Positions 1 through 9,419 of a stretch of 64,000 nt of DNA are shown here, in pieces. The stretch's first letter is position 1. Each line of letters starts with the position of its first letter. The stretch lies in the IMG/VR virus record IMGVR_UViG_3300031999_000013. The stretch is one strand, 5' to 3'. The notes under the pieces were generated by a model. It was not told where the DNA came from. It made no database searches and worked only from the letters and a program-made list of their open reading frames with translations. The position numbers and the translations under genes are program-made. The stretch comes from an uncultured virus (IMG/VR IMGVR_UViG_3300031999_000013). Its lineage: Duplodnaviria > Heunggongvirae > Uroviricota > Caudoviricetes.

Positions 1-1
1 G

Positions 2-85
2 GAGTCGCCCAAGCATGAGGCGGCTGAGACGCCTACGCATGAGAAGACCGAATCGGCTGATGAAGCCATGCAAGAGGGAGATTGA
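2..85 (+). CDS. 3' end of a truncated acidic/His-rich hypothetical protein (...ESPKHEAAETPTHEKTESADEAMQEGD*)
   Basis: Open frame from the window edge to TGA at 83-85, abutting the next ATG. Confidence 0.45.
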   Translation, partial: ESPKHEAAETPTHEKTESADEAMQEGD

Positions 86-86
86 G

Positions 87-347
87 ATGCCTGCCCCATC
101 GAGAGCGAATCGAGGTAATGCGCGCTATCGGGATCCGTCCGACCGCACGTTGACTGAGAAGTTTGATATGGCGATGGACAACCCGCGTGTGCAGCGCACC
201 GTTGCCGCCGCGAAGATGGCTTCCGAGGATTCGGCGAAGGCTGACACGGAGCGATCGGATTCGAATGCGGCCTACGCGAAGGAGCACGCAGGGATGGGTG
301 CTCTGTCCGGTGCGTACGAGGGTATGGGTGCGCTGAAGAGAAAATGA
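87..347 (+). CDS. small hypothetical late protein (N-terminus MPAPSRANR)
   Basis: SD-like GGGAG upstream of ATG 87; stop overlaps next start. Confidence 0.65.
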   Translation: MPAPSRANRGNARYRDPSDRTLTEKFDMAMDNPRVQRTVAAAKMASEDSAKADTERSDSNAAYAKEHAGMGALSGAYEGMGALKRK

Positions 348-586
348 CGCGTGGAGTTTCGGGTGATGCCCCGAAGACGACTTATCGGGTCGAGGGGCGG
401 GATCGTGAGGGTCGTGTGATGACGGCGTGGCACCGGTCGTCTTTGATGACTCTCATGGCGCGGATGGAGGCCCTTGGCATGGTTGAGGTGCTGGAGGTGA
501 TTGATTTGAAGGGGAAGCCTGCCCGCGGGGGTCGGGGTGGTGCGGTAGGGTCGCTTTCGAAGCGGACGGAGAAGGTGAAGGTTTGA
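344..586 (+). CDS. hypothetical protein
   Basis: 4-bp overlaps with both neighbours. Confidence 0.55.
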   Translation: MTRGVSGDAPKTTYRVEGRDREGRVMTAWHRSSLMTLMARMEALGMVEVLEVIDLKGKPARGGRGGAVGSLSKRTEKVKV

Positions 587-2226
587 ATGCGGTGGTTGAT
601 CAGGCCGATCTCTATCGGCGGGCGACGGCGACCGAGGCGGAACTCATGCGTCGGGAGTTTCGGCTGTTCGTGAAGGAGGCGTGGGCGGTGGTGGAGCCGG
701 GTGCGCCGTATGTGGACGGGCCGCACATCCATGCCATCGCGGATCATTTAACGTTCTGCTCGATCGGCGACATCGACGACCTCTTGATCAACGTCCCTCC
801 CAGACATTCCAAGTCGACTATCTGTGCGGTGTTGTGGCCGGCGTGGGAGTGGACGTGGCGGCCTACCACCCAGTGGCTGTTCTCGACCTACGCCTATGCG
901 CTCACCGTGCGCGACTCGGTGAAGTGCCGCACGCTCATCACCTCGCAGTGGTATCAGGAGCGCTGGGGCGAGATGTTCAAACTCTCCGGCGAGGTCAACC
1001 TGAAGGAGCGCTTCGCCAACAACAAGAACGGCTACCGCCTAGCGACATCAGTAGGGGGCGCAACGACGGGTGAGGGCGGTGACCGGATCGTCATCGACGA
1101 CGCGCACAACATGAAGGACATCAACTCCGACACGATTCGTGAGGGCGTCCTCACATGGTGGAAGGACGTCATGCCAACACGGGGCAACAACCCCAAAAAA
1201 CTCTCCCGCGTCGTCATCGGCCAGCGCGGCCATCACGCCGATCTCCCCGGCCATCTCATCGAGGGCGGCGGCTGGGTGCATCTCAATCTCCCCGGCTACT
1301 ACGTCCCCGAGCGCAAATGCAAAACCTACGCGAAGAAGAATGGCCCGCTGCGGCATTCCCTGCGCCCGGCAGCACCTCCAGTCCTTGTCGATCGCTTCAA
1401 GCAACCCTTAAAGAAGGGGGAGCTGATCTGGCAAGACTGGCGCACAGATCGCAACGAGGTGCTCTCCCCGGATCGCTTCGGACCCGATGAGCTGCGCAAA
1501 CTCTCCGAGGAGATGAGCGAGCGCTCCTTCGAAGCGCAGATCCAGCAGAACCCGACCAAGTCGGGCGGTAACATCATCAAGCGCGAACACTGGCGCGAAT
1601 GGATCGAACCCGAACTCCCGCAGTGCCAGATGGTGATTCAGTTCTACGATACCGCCTTCGAGGAAGAGGAAGAGAACGACTTCTCCGCACGCACCACGTG
1701 GGGCATTTTCGAGTACGAGGAGTCGCTCTCAAGCAAGCTCCCATGGACCGCCTCCTACCGCGGCCAGAAGCGCCTGTGCGCAATCCTCCTTGAGCGCATG
1801 AATGAGCGCCTAAGCTTCCCTGACCTACGCGCCAGCGCCATCAAGTCTTATAAAGAGTGGCGGCCCGACCGGATCATCATCGAGAAGAAGGCGTCCGGTC
1901 ACTCACTCTACCAAGAGCTTCGAAGAGCCGACCTGCCGGTCACGCGCTTCAAGGTTTCCGACTCGAAACCCGTCCGCACCCATGCGGGATCGTTAGTGTA
2001 TGAGCGCGGCTGCGTCTTCTATGTGAAGCGCGCGTGGGCAGAAGAGGTGATCCTGCAGACAATTCAATTCCCATCCGCCGAGTTCGACGACCTGCACGAC
2101 ACGTGCATGATGATGTGCCTGTGGCTGCGGCGGCGCTGGGACTTGCAGTACATCGATGAAACAGACGACGACAACGACATCAACGCCCAACTCTGGCGCG
2201 GGTCTCGCAAAAAAATCTACGGATAG
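583..2226 (+). CDS. terL: terminase large subunit
   Basis: Walker A INVPPRHSKS, Walker B GDRIVIDD, QQNP linker, nuclease motifs DTAF, IEKKASG, FP..EFDDLHD. Confidence 0.95.
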   Translation: MNAVVDQADLYRRATATEAELMRREFRLFVKEAWAVVEPGAPYVDGPHIHAIADHLTFCSIGDIDDLLINVPPRHSKSTICAVLWPAWEWTWRPTTQWLFSTYAYALTVRDSVKCRTLITSQWYQERWGEMFKLSGEVNLKERFANNKNGYRLATSVGGATTGEGGDRIVIDDAHNMKDINSDTIREGVLTWWKDVMPTRGNNPKKLSRVVIGQRGHHADLPGHLIEGGGWVHLNLPGYYVPERKCKTYAKKNGPLRHSLRPAAPPVLVDRFKQPLKKGELIWQDWRTDRNEVLSPDRFGPDELRKLSEEMSERSFEAQIQQNPTKSGGNIIKREHWREWIEPELPQCQMVIQFYDTAFEEEEENDFSARTTWGIFEYEESLSSKLPWTASYRGQKRLCAILLERMNERLSFPDLRASAIKSYKEWRPDRIIIEKKASGHSLYQELRRADLPVTRFKVSDSKPVRTHAGSLVYERGCVFYVKRAWAEEVILQTIQFPSAEFDDLHDTCMMMCLWLRRRWDLQYIDETDDDNDINAQLWRGSRKKIYG

Positions 2227-2235
2227 AGGTGAGCG

Positions 2236-4626
2236 ATGGCGGAAGCCCAGATACAGGAAATGCCGGAAGACCCGTCGATGTACGACCAGAACGTACAAGG
2301 CGCATTGATTCAAAATCGCGGCGAAGAAGCCACGGTTGATTTCGCGCCGGGCGCGGCCCGCGTCTCGCCGGAAGACTCGGCAGAGCACTCGGCAAACCTC
2401 GTTTCCCTCATTGACGAGAGCGAGCTTGGCAACCTTGCCATGCGCGTCATCGACGCGTATGACGCCGATGTGCGCTCACGCGCCGACTGGCAAGGGCGCA
2501 TGGATCAGGCGCTGGAATTGCTGGGGCTGCGCAATCGGCCGCTGGATGACATCCCTTTTGAAGGCGCGTCGTCGGTCGTCTATCCGCTCATTGCCGAGGC
2601 CTGCGTGCAGTTTCAGGCCCGCGCCATAGAGGAAGTGTTTCCATCCGAAGGTCCGGTGAAGACCGCGGTCATCGGCAAGAAGACGCAAGTGCGCATCGCT
2701 CAAGCGGAGCGCGTTGCCGATCACATGAACTGGCAGATGACCATTCAGGATCGGTCGTACTTCTGGAACACCGACCAGATGCTGTTCTATCTTCCGCTGG
2801 CAGGCTCCTGCTTCAAGAAGAGCTTCTACGACGAAGCTAACGGAATGACAGTGTCGCGACTCGTCTATCCGGGCGACTTCGCGGTCTCGTACCTTGCCCA
2901 CTCGCTGGAGGGCTGCGGTCGCTACACGCACCGCCTGTATCATTCCAGAAGCGAGATGCTCAGACACTTCGCGTCGGGGTTTTATCGGGAAATCGAGCTA
3001 GCAGTAGGCACCAATGCGCGACTCTTCTCGACTGACGAGTCGGATCTCTCGCACACGCGCGACGAAGCGGATGACCGGTCAGCGTCGATGGACACGCATG
3101 ACGAGGTGTACGAGAACCTTGAGCAGCACGTCGAGTGGGAATTCCCGTTTGACCAGCAAAAATACAACGTTTCCTTCCCGCTGCCCTATGTAATCACGGT
3201 CTCGAAAGACAACCAGAAAGTACTCTCCATCCGCCGCAACTGGAAGGAAGCGGACATCACGCTATTCAAAAAGCGTGTCTGGTTCACCCACTACAAGTAC
3301 CTCGAAGGCTTGGGCTTCTACGGCTTTGGCCTCCTGCATCTGATGGGATCGCTTGCCGAGGGTGCGACGGGTGCGCTGCGTGCGCTGCTCGACTCGGCGG
3401 CATTCGCCAACATGCAGGGTGGCTTCGCCTCGAAAGACGCGAAGATGCAGCCGGGTGAAACGCGTATCGCGCCCGGAGTCTACAAGCAGGTCAACCTCAC
3501 CGCCGAGGAGCTGGCGAAGGCGTTCTACACGCCCCCCTTTAAGGAACCGTCTACGGCGCTCGCCTCGCTCCTCACAACGCTCATCGATGCGGGCAGACGT
3601 TTCGCGTCAACCACTGAAGAGATGGTGGGGGATGCGCCCAATACCGGACCTGTTGGCACCACGATCGCGCTGATCGAGCAGTCGAGTAAGGTCTTCACGG
3701 GTATTCACCGTCGCCTGCACGTGGCACAAGGCGAAGAGTTCCGTCTGCGCGCAGAACTCAACTTCGAGTACCTGCCGCCCGTGTATCCGTATGACGTGGA
3801 GGATGCCGAGCGCACGATATTCCAATCCGACTATGACGGTCGGGTTGATGTCATCCCGGTATCGGACCCGAAGATCTTCTCCAACGCGCAGCGCATCGCG
3901 CAGGGTCAGGCGCTGCTTGAACTGCACAAGGAATTTCCCGAGGAACTCAACCGACGCAAGGTCCTTGAGCGTTTTCTGCAAGCAATCCGTGTCCCTGACT
4001 GGCAGGAATTGCTCAATGAAAACGCTGCAAAACGACAAGATCCGGTGTCGGAGAATGCGTCCATCATGATGGGCTCGCCCGTCACCGCGTTCCCTGATCA
4101 GGATCACGACGCGCACCTCGCCGTGCATCACACATTCATGAATGGCGTGAACGACGAGGCGCTCAAAACCATCGGCCCCGTCATGCAGGCGCACTTCGCC
4201 GAGCACTACGCGATGAAGTACTACAACATCATGAACCAACAGCTCGGCGGACAGCTTCCCCCCTTGGGAGGGGAGGAGGGCGAGATGGATCCGCAGGTCG
4301 ATGCCGCGATCTCCAAAATGGCGGCACAGCTCCCCCATGTGCAGCTCATGCCGCCCAGCGAGGATGGCCCCGATCAGGCGCAGGCCGAGTTCGAGGCGGA
4401 GCAGGCCCGCCTGCAGAAGGCGTGGGAAGCTGACGAGGCGCGTAAGGCGCAGGCCTTCGACGCTGAGCAGGCGCGCCGCGACCGCAATACCGAAGAGAAC
4501 ATCAATCGCAAAGACGCTGAGACCTTGGCCGAGATGGGCAAGGACGAAGAGGTCCACGCAATGCACGCGCGCCATCAGGAAGAGATGAACGCGCTGATGA
4601 AAGCCAAGGCAAGGAAGCCAGCATGA
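2236..4626 (+). CDS. portal protein (podovirus/P22-like) with coiled-coil C-terminus
   Basis: Follows terL; PFEGAS.V.YPLIAEA..FQA, GFYGFGLLHL.G, PVGTT.AL.E motifs typical of this portal class. Confidence 0.9.
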   Translation: MAEAQIQEMPEDPSMYDQNVQGALIQNRGEEATVDFAPGAARVSPEDSAEHSANLVSLIDESELGNLAMRVIDAYDADVRSRADWQGRMDQALELLGLRNRPLDDIPFEGASSVVYPLIAEACVQFQARAIEEVFPSEGPVKTAVIGKKTQVRIAQAERVADHMNWQMTIQDRSYFWNTDQMLFYLPLAGSCFKKSFYDEANGMTVSRLVYPGDFAVSYLAHSLEGCGRYTHRLYHSRSEMLRHFASGFYREIELAVGTNARLFSTDESDLSHTRDEADDRSASMDTHDEVYENLEQHVEWEFPFDQQKYNVSFPLPYVITVSKDNQKVLSIRRNWKEADITLFKKRVWFTHYKYLEGLGFYGFGLLHLMGSLAEGATGALRALLDSAAFANMQGGFASKDAKMQPGETRIAPGVYKQVNLTAEELAKAFYTPPFKEPSTALASLLTTLIDAGRRFASTTEEMVGDAPNTGPVGTTIALIEQSSKVFTGIHRRLHVAQGEEFRLRAELNFEYLPPVYPYDVEDAERTIFQSDYDGRVDVIPVSDPKIFSNAQRIAQGQALLELHKEFPEELNRRKVLERFLQAIRVPDWQELLNENAAKRQDPVSENASIMMGSPVTAFPDQDHDAHLAVHHTFMNGVNDEALKTIGPVMQAHFAEHYAMKYYNIMNQQLGGQLPPLGGEEGEMDPQVDAAISKMAAQLPHVQLMPPSEDGPDQAQAEFEAEQARLQKAWEADEARKAQAFDAEQARRDRNTEENINRKDAETLAEMGKDEEVHAMHARHQEEMNALMKAKARKPA

Positions 4627-4823
4627 AAGCAAGCCCCGCCGATATCCGTGCCGCGAAGGAGTTTCTTCGCAAACGCGGCATCCGCGGCGTTTCACCATTG
4701 AAGTTCGCCGAGTCTGCCAAAGAGACTGGGATGAACTACCGGTCACTGCTCGATTATCTAGCAGGTGTTTTGAGGAAAAAGTATGGGAACTATGACGGGC
4801 AGCGCGGAGATGTTCGCGCGTGA
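4623..4823 (+). CDS. small basic hypothetical protein
   Basis: ATGA overlap with portal stop. Confidence 0.6.
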   Translation: MKASPADIRAAKEFLRKRGIRGVSPLKFAESAKETGMNYRSLLDYLAGVLRKKYGNYDGQRGDVRA

Positions 4824-5025
4824 GTGTGTTGATGAGTTGGGTAAGCGGATGGAGGAGATCGGCAACCGGGTGATCTCGGGACAGATGACCGACTACGCCG
4901 CCTATAAAGATGCCACTGGGCGTATCAAGGGGCTGCGCGACGCGATCGAAGTCTTAAGAGCCAATGTTACCGCGCGTAACATCGCCGATACGGACGAGAG
5001 CGACCTGCCGGAGATGCCGCGATGA
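4783..5025 (+). CDS. hypothetical protein (helical hairpin, DY..YK...G.I.GL)
   Basis: Typical small gene between portal and GroES in this phage type. Confidence 0.7.
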   Translation: MGTMTGSAEMFARECVDELGKRMEEIGNRVISGQMTDYAAYKDATGRIKGLRDAIEVLRANVTARNIADTDESDLPEMPR

Positions 5026-5411
5026 CGCAATTCGTGCATCCGGAAAAGGGGTTGGTGAAGCTGGAGATGCCGGCCCCGCTCTTGTGGCGGATCATGATCG
5101 AGCCGCTGAAGATCCCTTCGGTCTCAGAGGGCGGTATCGCGATCCCCGATGACGTGGCGCACTCGGCGCGCTTTCTCACCAACATTGGCAGGGTCGCCGC
5201 GATGGGCGCGCTCTGTTACCAGTCGACGACCAAGTCAGGCCTCGCCATGAAGGATGAGCCGAACGTCCCCAAGGTCGGCAGCTGGGTCATGTATGGGCGT
5301 TACTCGGGTCAGAAGGTCGAGACCCGTGATGGTCGCGAGTACATCTTCGTCAACGACGACGAGATCATCGCGACGATTGCCGATCCACAAGCTTACCAAC
5401 AGTACATTTGA
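5022..5411 (+). CDS. groES: GroES/Cpn10-like co-chaperonin
   Basis: P..WRI.I, mobile loop SEGGIAIP, GRV.A.G, KVG.WV.YGRYSG, Y..VNDDEIIA. Confidence 0.88.
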   Translation: MTQFVHPEKGLVKLEMPAPLLWRIMIEPLKIPSVSEGGIAIPDDVAHSARFLTNIGRVAAMGALCYQSTTKSGLAMKDEPNVPKVGSWVMYGRYSGQKVETRDGREYIFVNDDEIIATIADPQAYQQYI

Positions 5412-5419
5412 GGGGCATC

Positions 5420-6433
5420 ATGGCTAAAGACGAAATCATATTCACAGACCTGCACGGCGTTCCGGACGACGAGGCCTACGACAGTGAGGTCAATCTGGAA
5501 GGCGACGACAAAGGCATTGCGCGCATCGTCCCTGACGCGGCGGCCGATCCGGTGTCGCTCGAAGGTATCGACGTCGAGGAAGATGAGCCGCGCATCCCGC
5601 GCACACCCAAGGCCGCTGCCCCCACGGATGACGACGAGGATTCCGAGTACGGCAAAAAGGTGCGTGCCCGCATCGAGCGCGAGCGGCGCGCGACCGCCGC
5701 TGAGCGTGGTCGGGCCGAGGCTGCCGAGGCGGAGCTTGCCCGCATGCGCCGCTCCGTGATCGACGAGAAGATTACCAACGCCAAAGCGGAGGTTGGGCGG
5801 ATCGAGACCGAGGTCACCCAGATCGAGACGGACCTTGAGAAGGCGCTCGAAGATGGTAAAACCAAAGAGGCGGTGCGTCTCACGTCGCGTCTCACCGACA
5901 TCAAGGCGCGCCGTGAGCGGCTCAATGCGCAGATGGAAGACGGCCCGCCTGAAGCGCCGATCGCCCCCGTCGTCGACACCAATAAGGCGCGGCTCGTGAC
6001 GGGCTGGAAAGCCAAGCACGTCGACTGGTATGCAAAGGAAGGATTCGAGCGCTATACTCGCTCGGCCAACCGCATTGACAAGGAGTTGGCTGCCGAGGGT
6101 TACGACTCGCGGGAGCAGGACTACTTCGACGAACTCGACAGACGCCTTCGCAAAGAAGCCCCTGCAGTGTTCGACGATAAGGATGCGGATGACAAGAGTG
6201 CGGATGACAAGATCGATACGCCTGACGTGGGGCAAAGAGGACGGGCAACCGTCGCGCCAGTCAGGGATGGATCCCGCGGAGGGAAGCAGAGTGAGAGGGC
6301 ATCGATGACACGGGTTGTGATCACGCGTGAAGACAAGGCGGAAATGCGCCGCTTTAATCTTGACCCGAATGATCCTCGCGTCTTGCGTGAATGGGCCGCC
6401 AACAAGCGGCAATCCACGAGTGATGCATCTTGA
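5420..6433 (+). CDS. capsid scaffolding protein (putative)
   Basis: Acidic N-terminus, coiled coil, D..L..EGYD....DYF.ELD.RL motif; upstream of capsid genes. Confidence 0.7.
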   Translation: MAKDEIIFTDLHGVPDDEAYDSEVNLEGDDKGIARIVPDAAADPVSLEGIDVEEDEPRIPRTPKAAAPTDDDEDSEYGKKVRARIERERRATAAERGRAEAAEAELARMRRSVIDEKITNAKAEVGRIETEVTQIETDLEKALEDGKTKEAVRLTSRLTDIKARRERLNAQMEDGPPEAPIAPVVDTNKARLVTGWKAKHVDWYAKEGFERYTRSANRIDKELAAEGYDSREQDYFDELDRRLRKEAPAVFDDKDADDKSADDKIDTPDVGQRGRATVAPVRDGSRGGKQSERASMTRVVITREDKAEMRRFNLDPNDPRVLREWAANKRQSTSDAS

Positions 6434-6981
6434 GCGCCCGAATAAACCAGCCCTCCAGTAGCGCTGGTGCAAGTACACATGACGTCAGTCATGTACACGA
6501 CAACCGTGTGGACGAGTTGTCGGAGGAGCGTGCCACCCACCTCGAACAGCCCATTGGGCCTTGGGTGAATGCATCCAGTCTTGCCGCGCCAGAACCCCGA
6601 GCGGGTATGGTGCAAAGATGGGTGCGTATCACTGCCGCAGGTGTGGATGACCCTCGAAACGTAAGCCGTCGCCGCCGTGAAGGGTGGATGCCGAGGCCTC
6701 TCGATACGATTCCTTCGGAATTTAAAGAGCTGGCAGCGCGAGCGGATGCGAATCAGGGGGTCTTTGTGGTGGATGATCTGATGCTTTGCGAGCAACCGGT
6801 ATCGCTGTCGATGGCGCGCCGGAAGTACATTCAGCAGCAAACCGAGCGCCAGATGGTGGCGGTTGAAGCTGATCTGGAACGCGCGCAGGTGCCGGGGAAT
6901 CCCATCCATAAACAGCACACCTCCGGCGTGAACACGGGCGTTGGTCGCCGAGTTCAGGTGCGGGAGGACACCGAAATCTGA
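6430..6981 (+). CDS. conserved head-module hypothetical protein
   Basis: L.AP.P..G...RW.R....G..D..N.....REGW motif; position. Confidence 0.75.
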   Translation: MSARINQPSSSAGASTHDVSHVHDNRVDELSEERATHLEQPIGPWVNASSLAAPEPRAGMVQRWVRITAAGVDDPRNVSRRRREGWMPRPLDTIPSEFKELAARADANQGVFVVDDLMLCEQPVSLSMARRKYIQQQTERQMVAVEADLERAQVPGNPIHKQHTSGVNTGVGRRVQVREDTEI

Positions 6982-6996
6982 ATGAGGTAACCAATC

Positions 6997-7584
6997 GTGG
7001 CAAATCCAAATGCGCCGTTCGGCTTCAAGCCGCTGGCACAGATGAGTGGCGGGGCGATTCGTAACGCGGGGGACTATTTCATCCCCAGTGCCTACGGCAC
7101 CAGCCTGTTCTCGGGCGATCTCGTCCGCAGTGTTGCAAACCAGAACCGTCAGATCGAGCGTGCGCCTTCGGGTGCCGCAACTCGCGTCCTTGGTGTATTC
7201 CAAGGCTGCCAGTACGTCGATGTGGCGGGGAACATCGTGTTCGCGCCAATCTGGCTGGCGAGCACGGCCCTCCTGAGCGGTACGCTGGCGAAGGCAGTCG
7301 TCTATGACGACCCGGCGCTGGAGTTCATCGCACAGATGACGACCTACGCCATCACCGACTATGCCGATGGTTTCGACTTCGCCATCGGCACTGGCTCGGC
7401 GGTCACCGGTAAATCGGCGGCGCAGATCGACGCGGCAGGTACAGCCAACGACAACGTCCGGGTTCTGGGACTTTCCTACAAGCCGAGCAGCGGCGACGTG
7501 TCCGAACTGGGCGCATTCGCGGTTGTTCGTTGCCGAATCAGCGCCCCAGAGCGCGGTGCTGGCATCGTCGCGGCCGAGTTCTAA
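6997..7584 (+). CDS. capsid decoration/cement protein (putative)
   Basis: MAN..APFG..P start, GVF.GC.Y, V.DDP; directly upstream of MCP; GAGG SD. Confidence 0.75.
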   Translation: MANPNAPFGFKPLAQMSGGAIRNAGDYFIPSAYGTSLFSGDLVRSVANQNRQIERAPSGAATRVLGVFQGCQYVDVAGNIVFAPIWLASTALLSGTLAKAVVYDDPALEFIAQMTTYAITDYADGFDFAIGTGSAVTGKSAAQIDAAGTANDNVRVLGLSYKPSSGDVSELGAFAVVRCRISAPERGAGIVAAEF

Positions 7585-7596
7585 AGGAGCAATGCA

Positions 7597-8508
7597 ATGA
7601 CCGTGATGAATCGAACTCAGTTCAAAAAGCAGCTCCAGTTGGGCCTGAACACCGTGTTCGGCATGGAGTACCGGCGCTACCCGGAAGAGTGGCGCTCGGG
7701 ATTCGAGGTTGCATCGTCCGTCAAGGCGTACGAGGAAGACGTTCTCCTCGCCGGCCTTGGCGGTGCGCCCGTGAAACCGGAGGGTGCGCCCGTGGCATTC
7801 GACTCCGGCGCGGAAGCGTACACCGCACGTTACGTGCATGAGACGATCGCGCTGGCCTTCGCGCTGACCGAGGAAGCGGAAGAGGACAACCTCTACGGTT
7901 CGCTCGGGGCGAAGTACTCCCGCGCATTGGCTCGGTCGATGCAGCACACCAAGGAAGTGAAAGGCGCAGCCGTGTTCAACAACGGCTTCAACGCCTCCTT
8001 CCCCGGTGGTGACGGCGTCGCACTGTTCTCTACCGCGCACCCTCTGTGGGGCGGCGGTACGCAGTCGAACACGTTCACCACGCAAGCCGACCTGTCGGAA
8101 ACCTCCCTCGAAGAAGCGTGCATCGCGATCTCGAAGTGGGTGGACGAGCGCGGTATCCCGATCGCTGTGAACGCACAGCGGCTGTACGTTCCGCCAGATC
8201 TGGCCTTCATCGCCGAGCGCATCCTGAAGTCGCAATTCCGTCCGGGCACGTCGGACAACGACATCAATGCGCTGAAGTCGAAGGGCAAGATCCCCGGTGG
8301 CGTCGCAGAAAACCATCGTCTGACGGACGTCGACGCATGGTTCCTCATCACCGACTGCATGGATGGTCTGAAGCACATGGTGCGGAAGACGATCGCTCGC
8401 GGTCTGGAAGGGGACTTCGAAACGGGCAACATGCGGTACAAGGCGCGCGAACGGTACTCGTTCGGGTGGTCTGACTACCGTGGTGCGTTCGGTTCGAGCG
8501 GCGAGTAA
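7597..8508 (+). CDS. major capsid protein (HK97 fold, Mu gpT-like family)
   Basis: K.EG....D, Y.HET.ALAF..TEEA.EDNLY, GGDGV.L.S.AHP, GDF.TGN.RYKARERYSFGWSD.R; AAGGAG SD. Confidence 0.93.
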   Translation: MTVMNRTQFKKQLQLGLNTVFGMEYRRYPEEWRSGFEVASSVKAYEEDVLLAGLGGAPVKPEGAPVAFDSGAEAYTARYVHETIALAFALTEEAEEDNLYGSLGAKYSRALARSMQHTKEVKGAAVFNNGFNASFPGGDGVALFSTAHPLWGGGTQSNTFTTQADLSETSLEEACIAISKWVDERGIPIAVNAQRLYVPPDLAFIAERILKSQFRPGTSDNDINALKSKGKIPGGVAENHRLTDVDAWFLITDCMDGLKHMVRKTIARGLEGDFETGNMRYKARERYSFGWSDYRGAFGSSGE

Positions 8509-8523
8509 TTCCAACAGGTGAGT

Positions 8524-8543
8524 AAGGGGGCGCAAGCCCCCTT
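8524..8543 (+). terminator. hairpin after MCP (weak terminator or attenuator)
   Basis: AAGGGGGC-GCAA-GCCCCCTT; poor U-tract. Confidence 0.6.
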
Positions 8544-8584
8544 CTCCCAACCCTGACGACCCGAAAGGGACTGGAGACAGACAG

Positions 8585-9046
8585 ATGGGTAAGCATTCGA
8601 CGATCAGCGGTTACTGGCGCGCGCGCGGTAACTCAGCCAATTCCTTCCGACCACCGGTAGGCCCGACCCCAGCGGTTGGCATACAGATGGTGAAGATCAC
8701 CTTCATACCGACTCAAGCCTCGTCGACTGTGACGGGCGTAACCCTGCCAAAGGGCGCGCTTCTGATCGGTGTGATCGTGGCCAATGCGGGCGCTACGGGC
8801 GGCGTCGCCCCCACGGTCGATATCGGCCTTGTGGGTATCGCGGTTGACACGATCGGCAACGAGGTTGACGCCGACACGGCGAGCGGCGCGCTGATCACGA
8901 CGGGAACGGGCGTAATCGGTCCCAAGGTTGCGCTGACGGCGGATCGAGAGATCACCGCGGGTGCGGGCGCATCGGCAGCGACCGGCGGAACTGTCACGGC
9001 ATACGTGCTCTACGCAATGAACGACGATCAGTCGCTCCAAGACTAA
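8585..9046 (+). CDS. virion structural protein (head spike/decoration, putative)
   Basis: Beta-rich, LPKGA....V.V motif, follows MCP. Confidence 0.65.
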   Translation: MGKHSTISGYWRARGNSANSFRPPVGPTPAVGIQMVKITFIPTQASSTVTGVTLPKGALLIGVIVANAGATGGVAPTVDIGLVGIAVDTIGNEVDADTASGALITTGTGVIGPKVALTADREITAGAGASAATGGTVTAYVLYAMNDDQSLQD

Positions 9047-9056
9047 GGGGTAACCC

Positions 9057-9407
9057 ATGAGTCAAAGGACGATTGTTCGGCTCTGTCCAGCGGGGGTCGG
9101 GATCACGTACATCCCGATCAACCGTTATGCGCAGAACATTACCATTCAGGCGGACGCGATCGGGGCGGCGACCTTCGCGGTCGACTACACGCTCGACAAC
9201 ATTCTCATGGGTCCGGTCAGCTCGTACGACACCCAGCGAGAAGATTTCGTGGCTCCGGCATCGGCGTTCTGGACGAACCTCATCGCCTCTGGCGCGGTGG
9301 ACGTTTCGTACAACGGCTCACTTTCGGCGTACGCGCTGCGGGTGAACCAGACGGTGGGTGCCGGGCAGGTCCGGATTGTGATTTCGCAGACTGCCGAGGT
9401 TCGATAA
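9057..9407 (+). CDS. virion structural protein
   Basis: Beta-sandwich-like; V.YT.D and A.RVN motifs; position. Confidence 0.65.
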   Translation: MSQRTIVRLCPAGVGITYIPINRYAQNITIQADAIGAATFAVDYTLDNILMGPVSSYDTQREDFVAPASAFWTNLIASGAVDVSYNGSLSAYALRVNQTVGAGQVRIVISQTAEVR

Positions 9408-9419
9408 GGAGGCTGAGCC

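Noticed and set aside
87..586. Either small ORF as terminase small subunit
   Set aside because: No HTH or TerS motif recognisable; terS may lie outside the window
6121..8550. 809-aa minus-strand ORF, and similar long antisense ORFs (3607-4746, 39553-40809, 52272-53468, 62462-63700)
   Set aside because: Shadow frames opposite well-supported genes in GC-rich DNA, with no recognisable motifs
8553..8575. CTGACGA + stem as a hammerhead ribozyme
   Set aside because: No GAAA after stem II and no stems I/III with an NUH site
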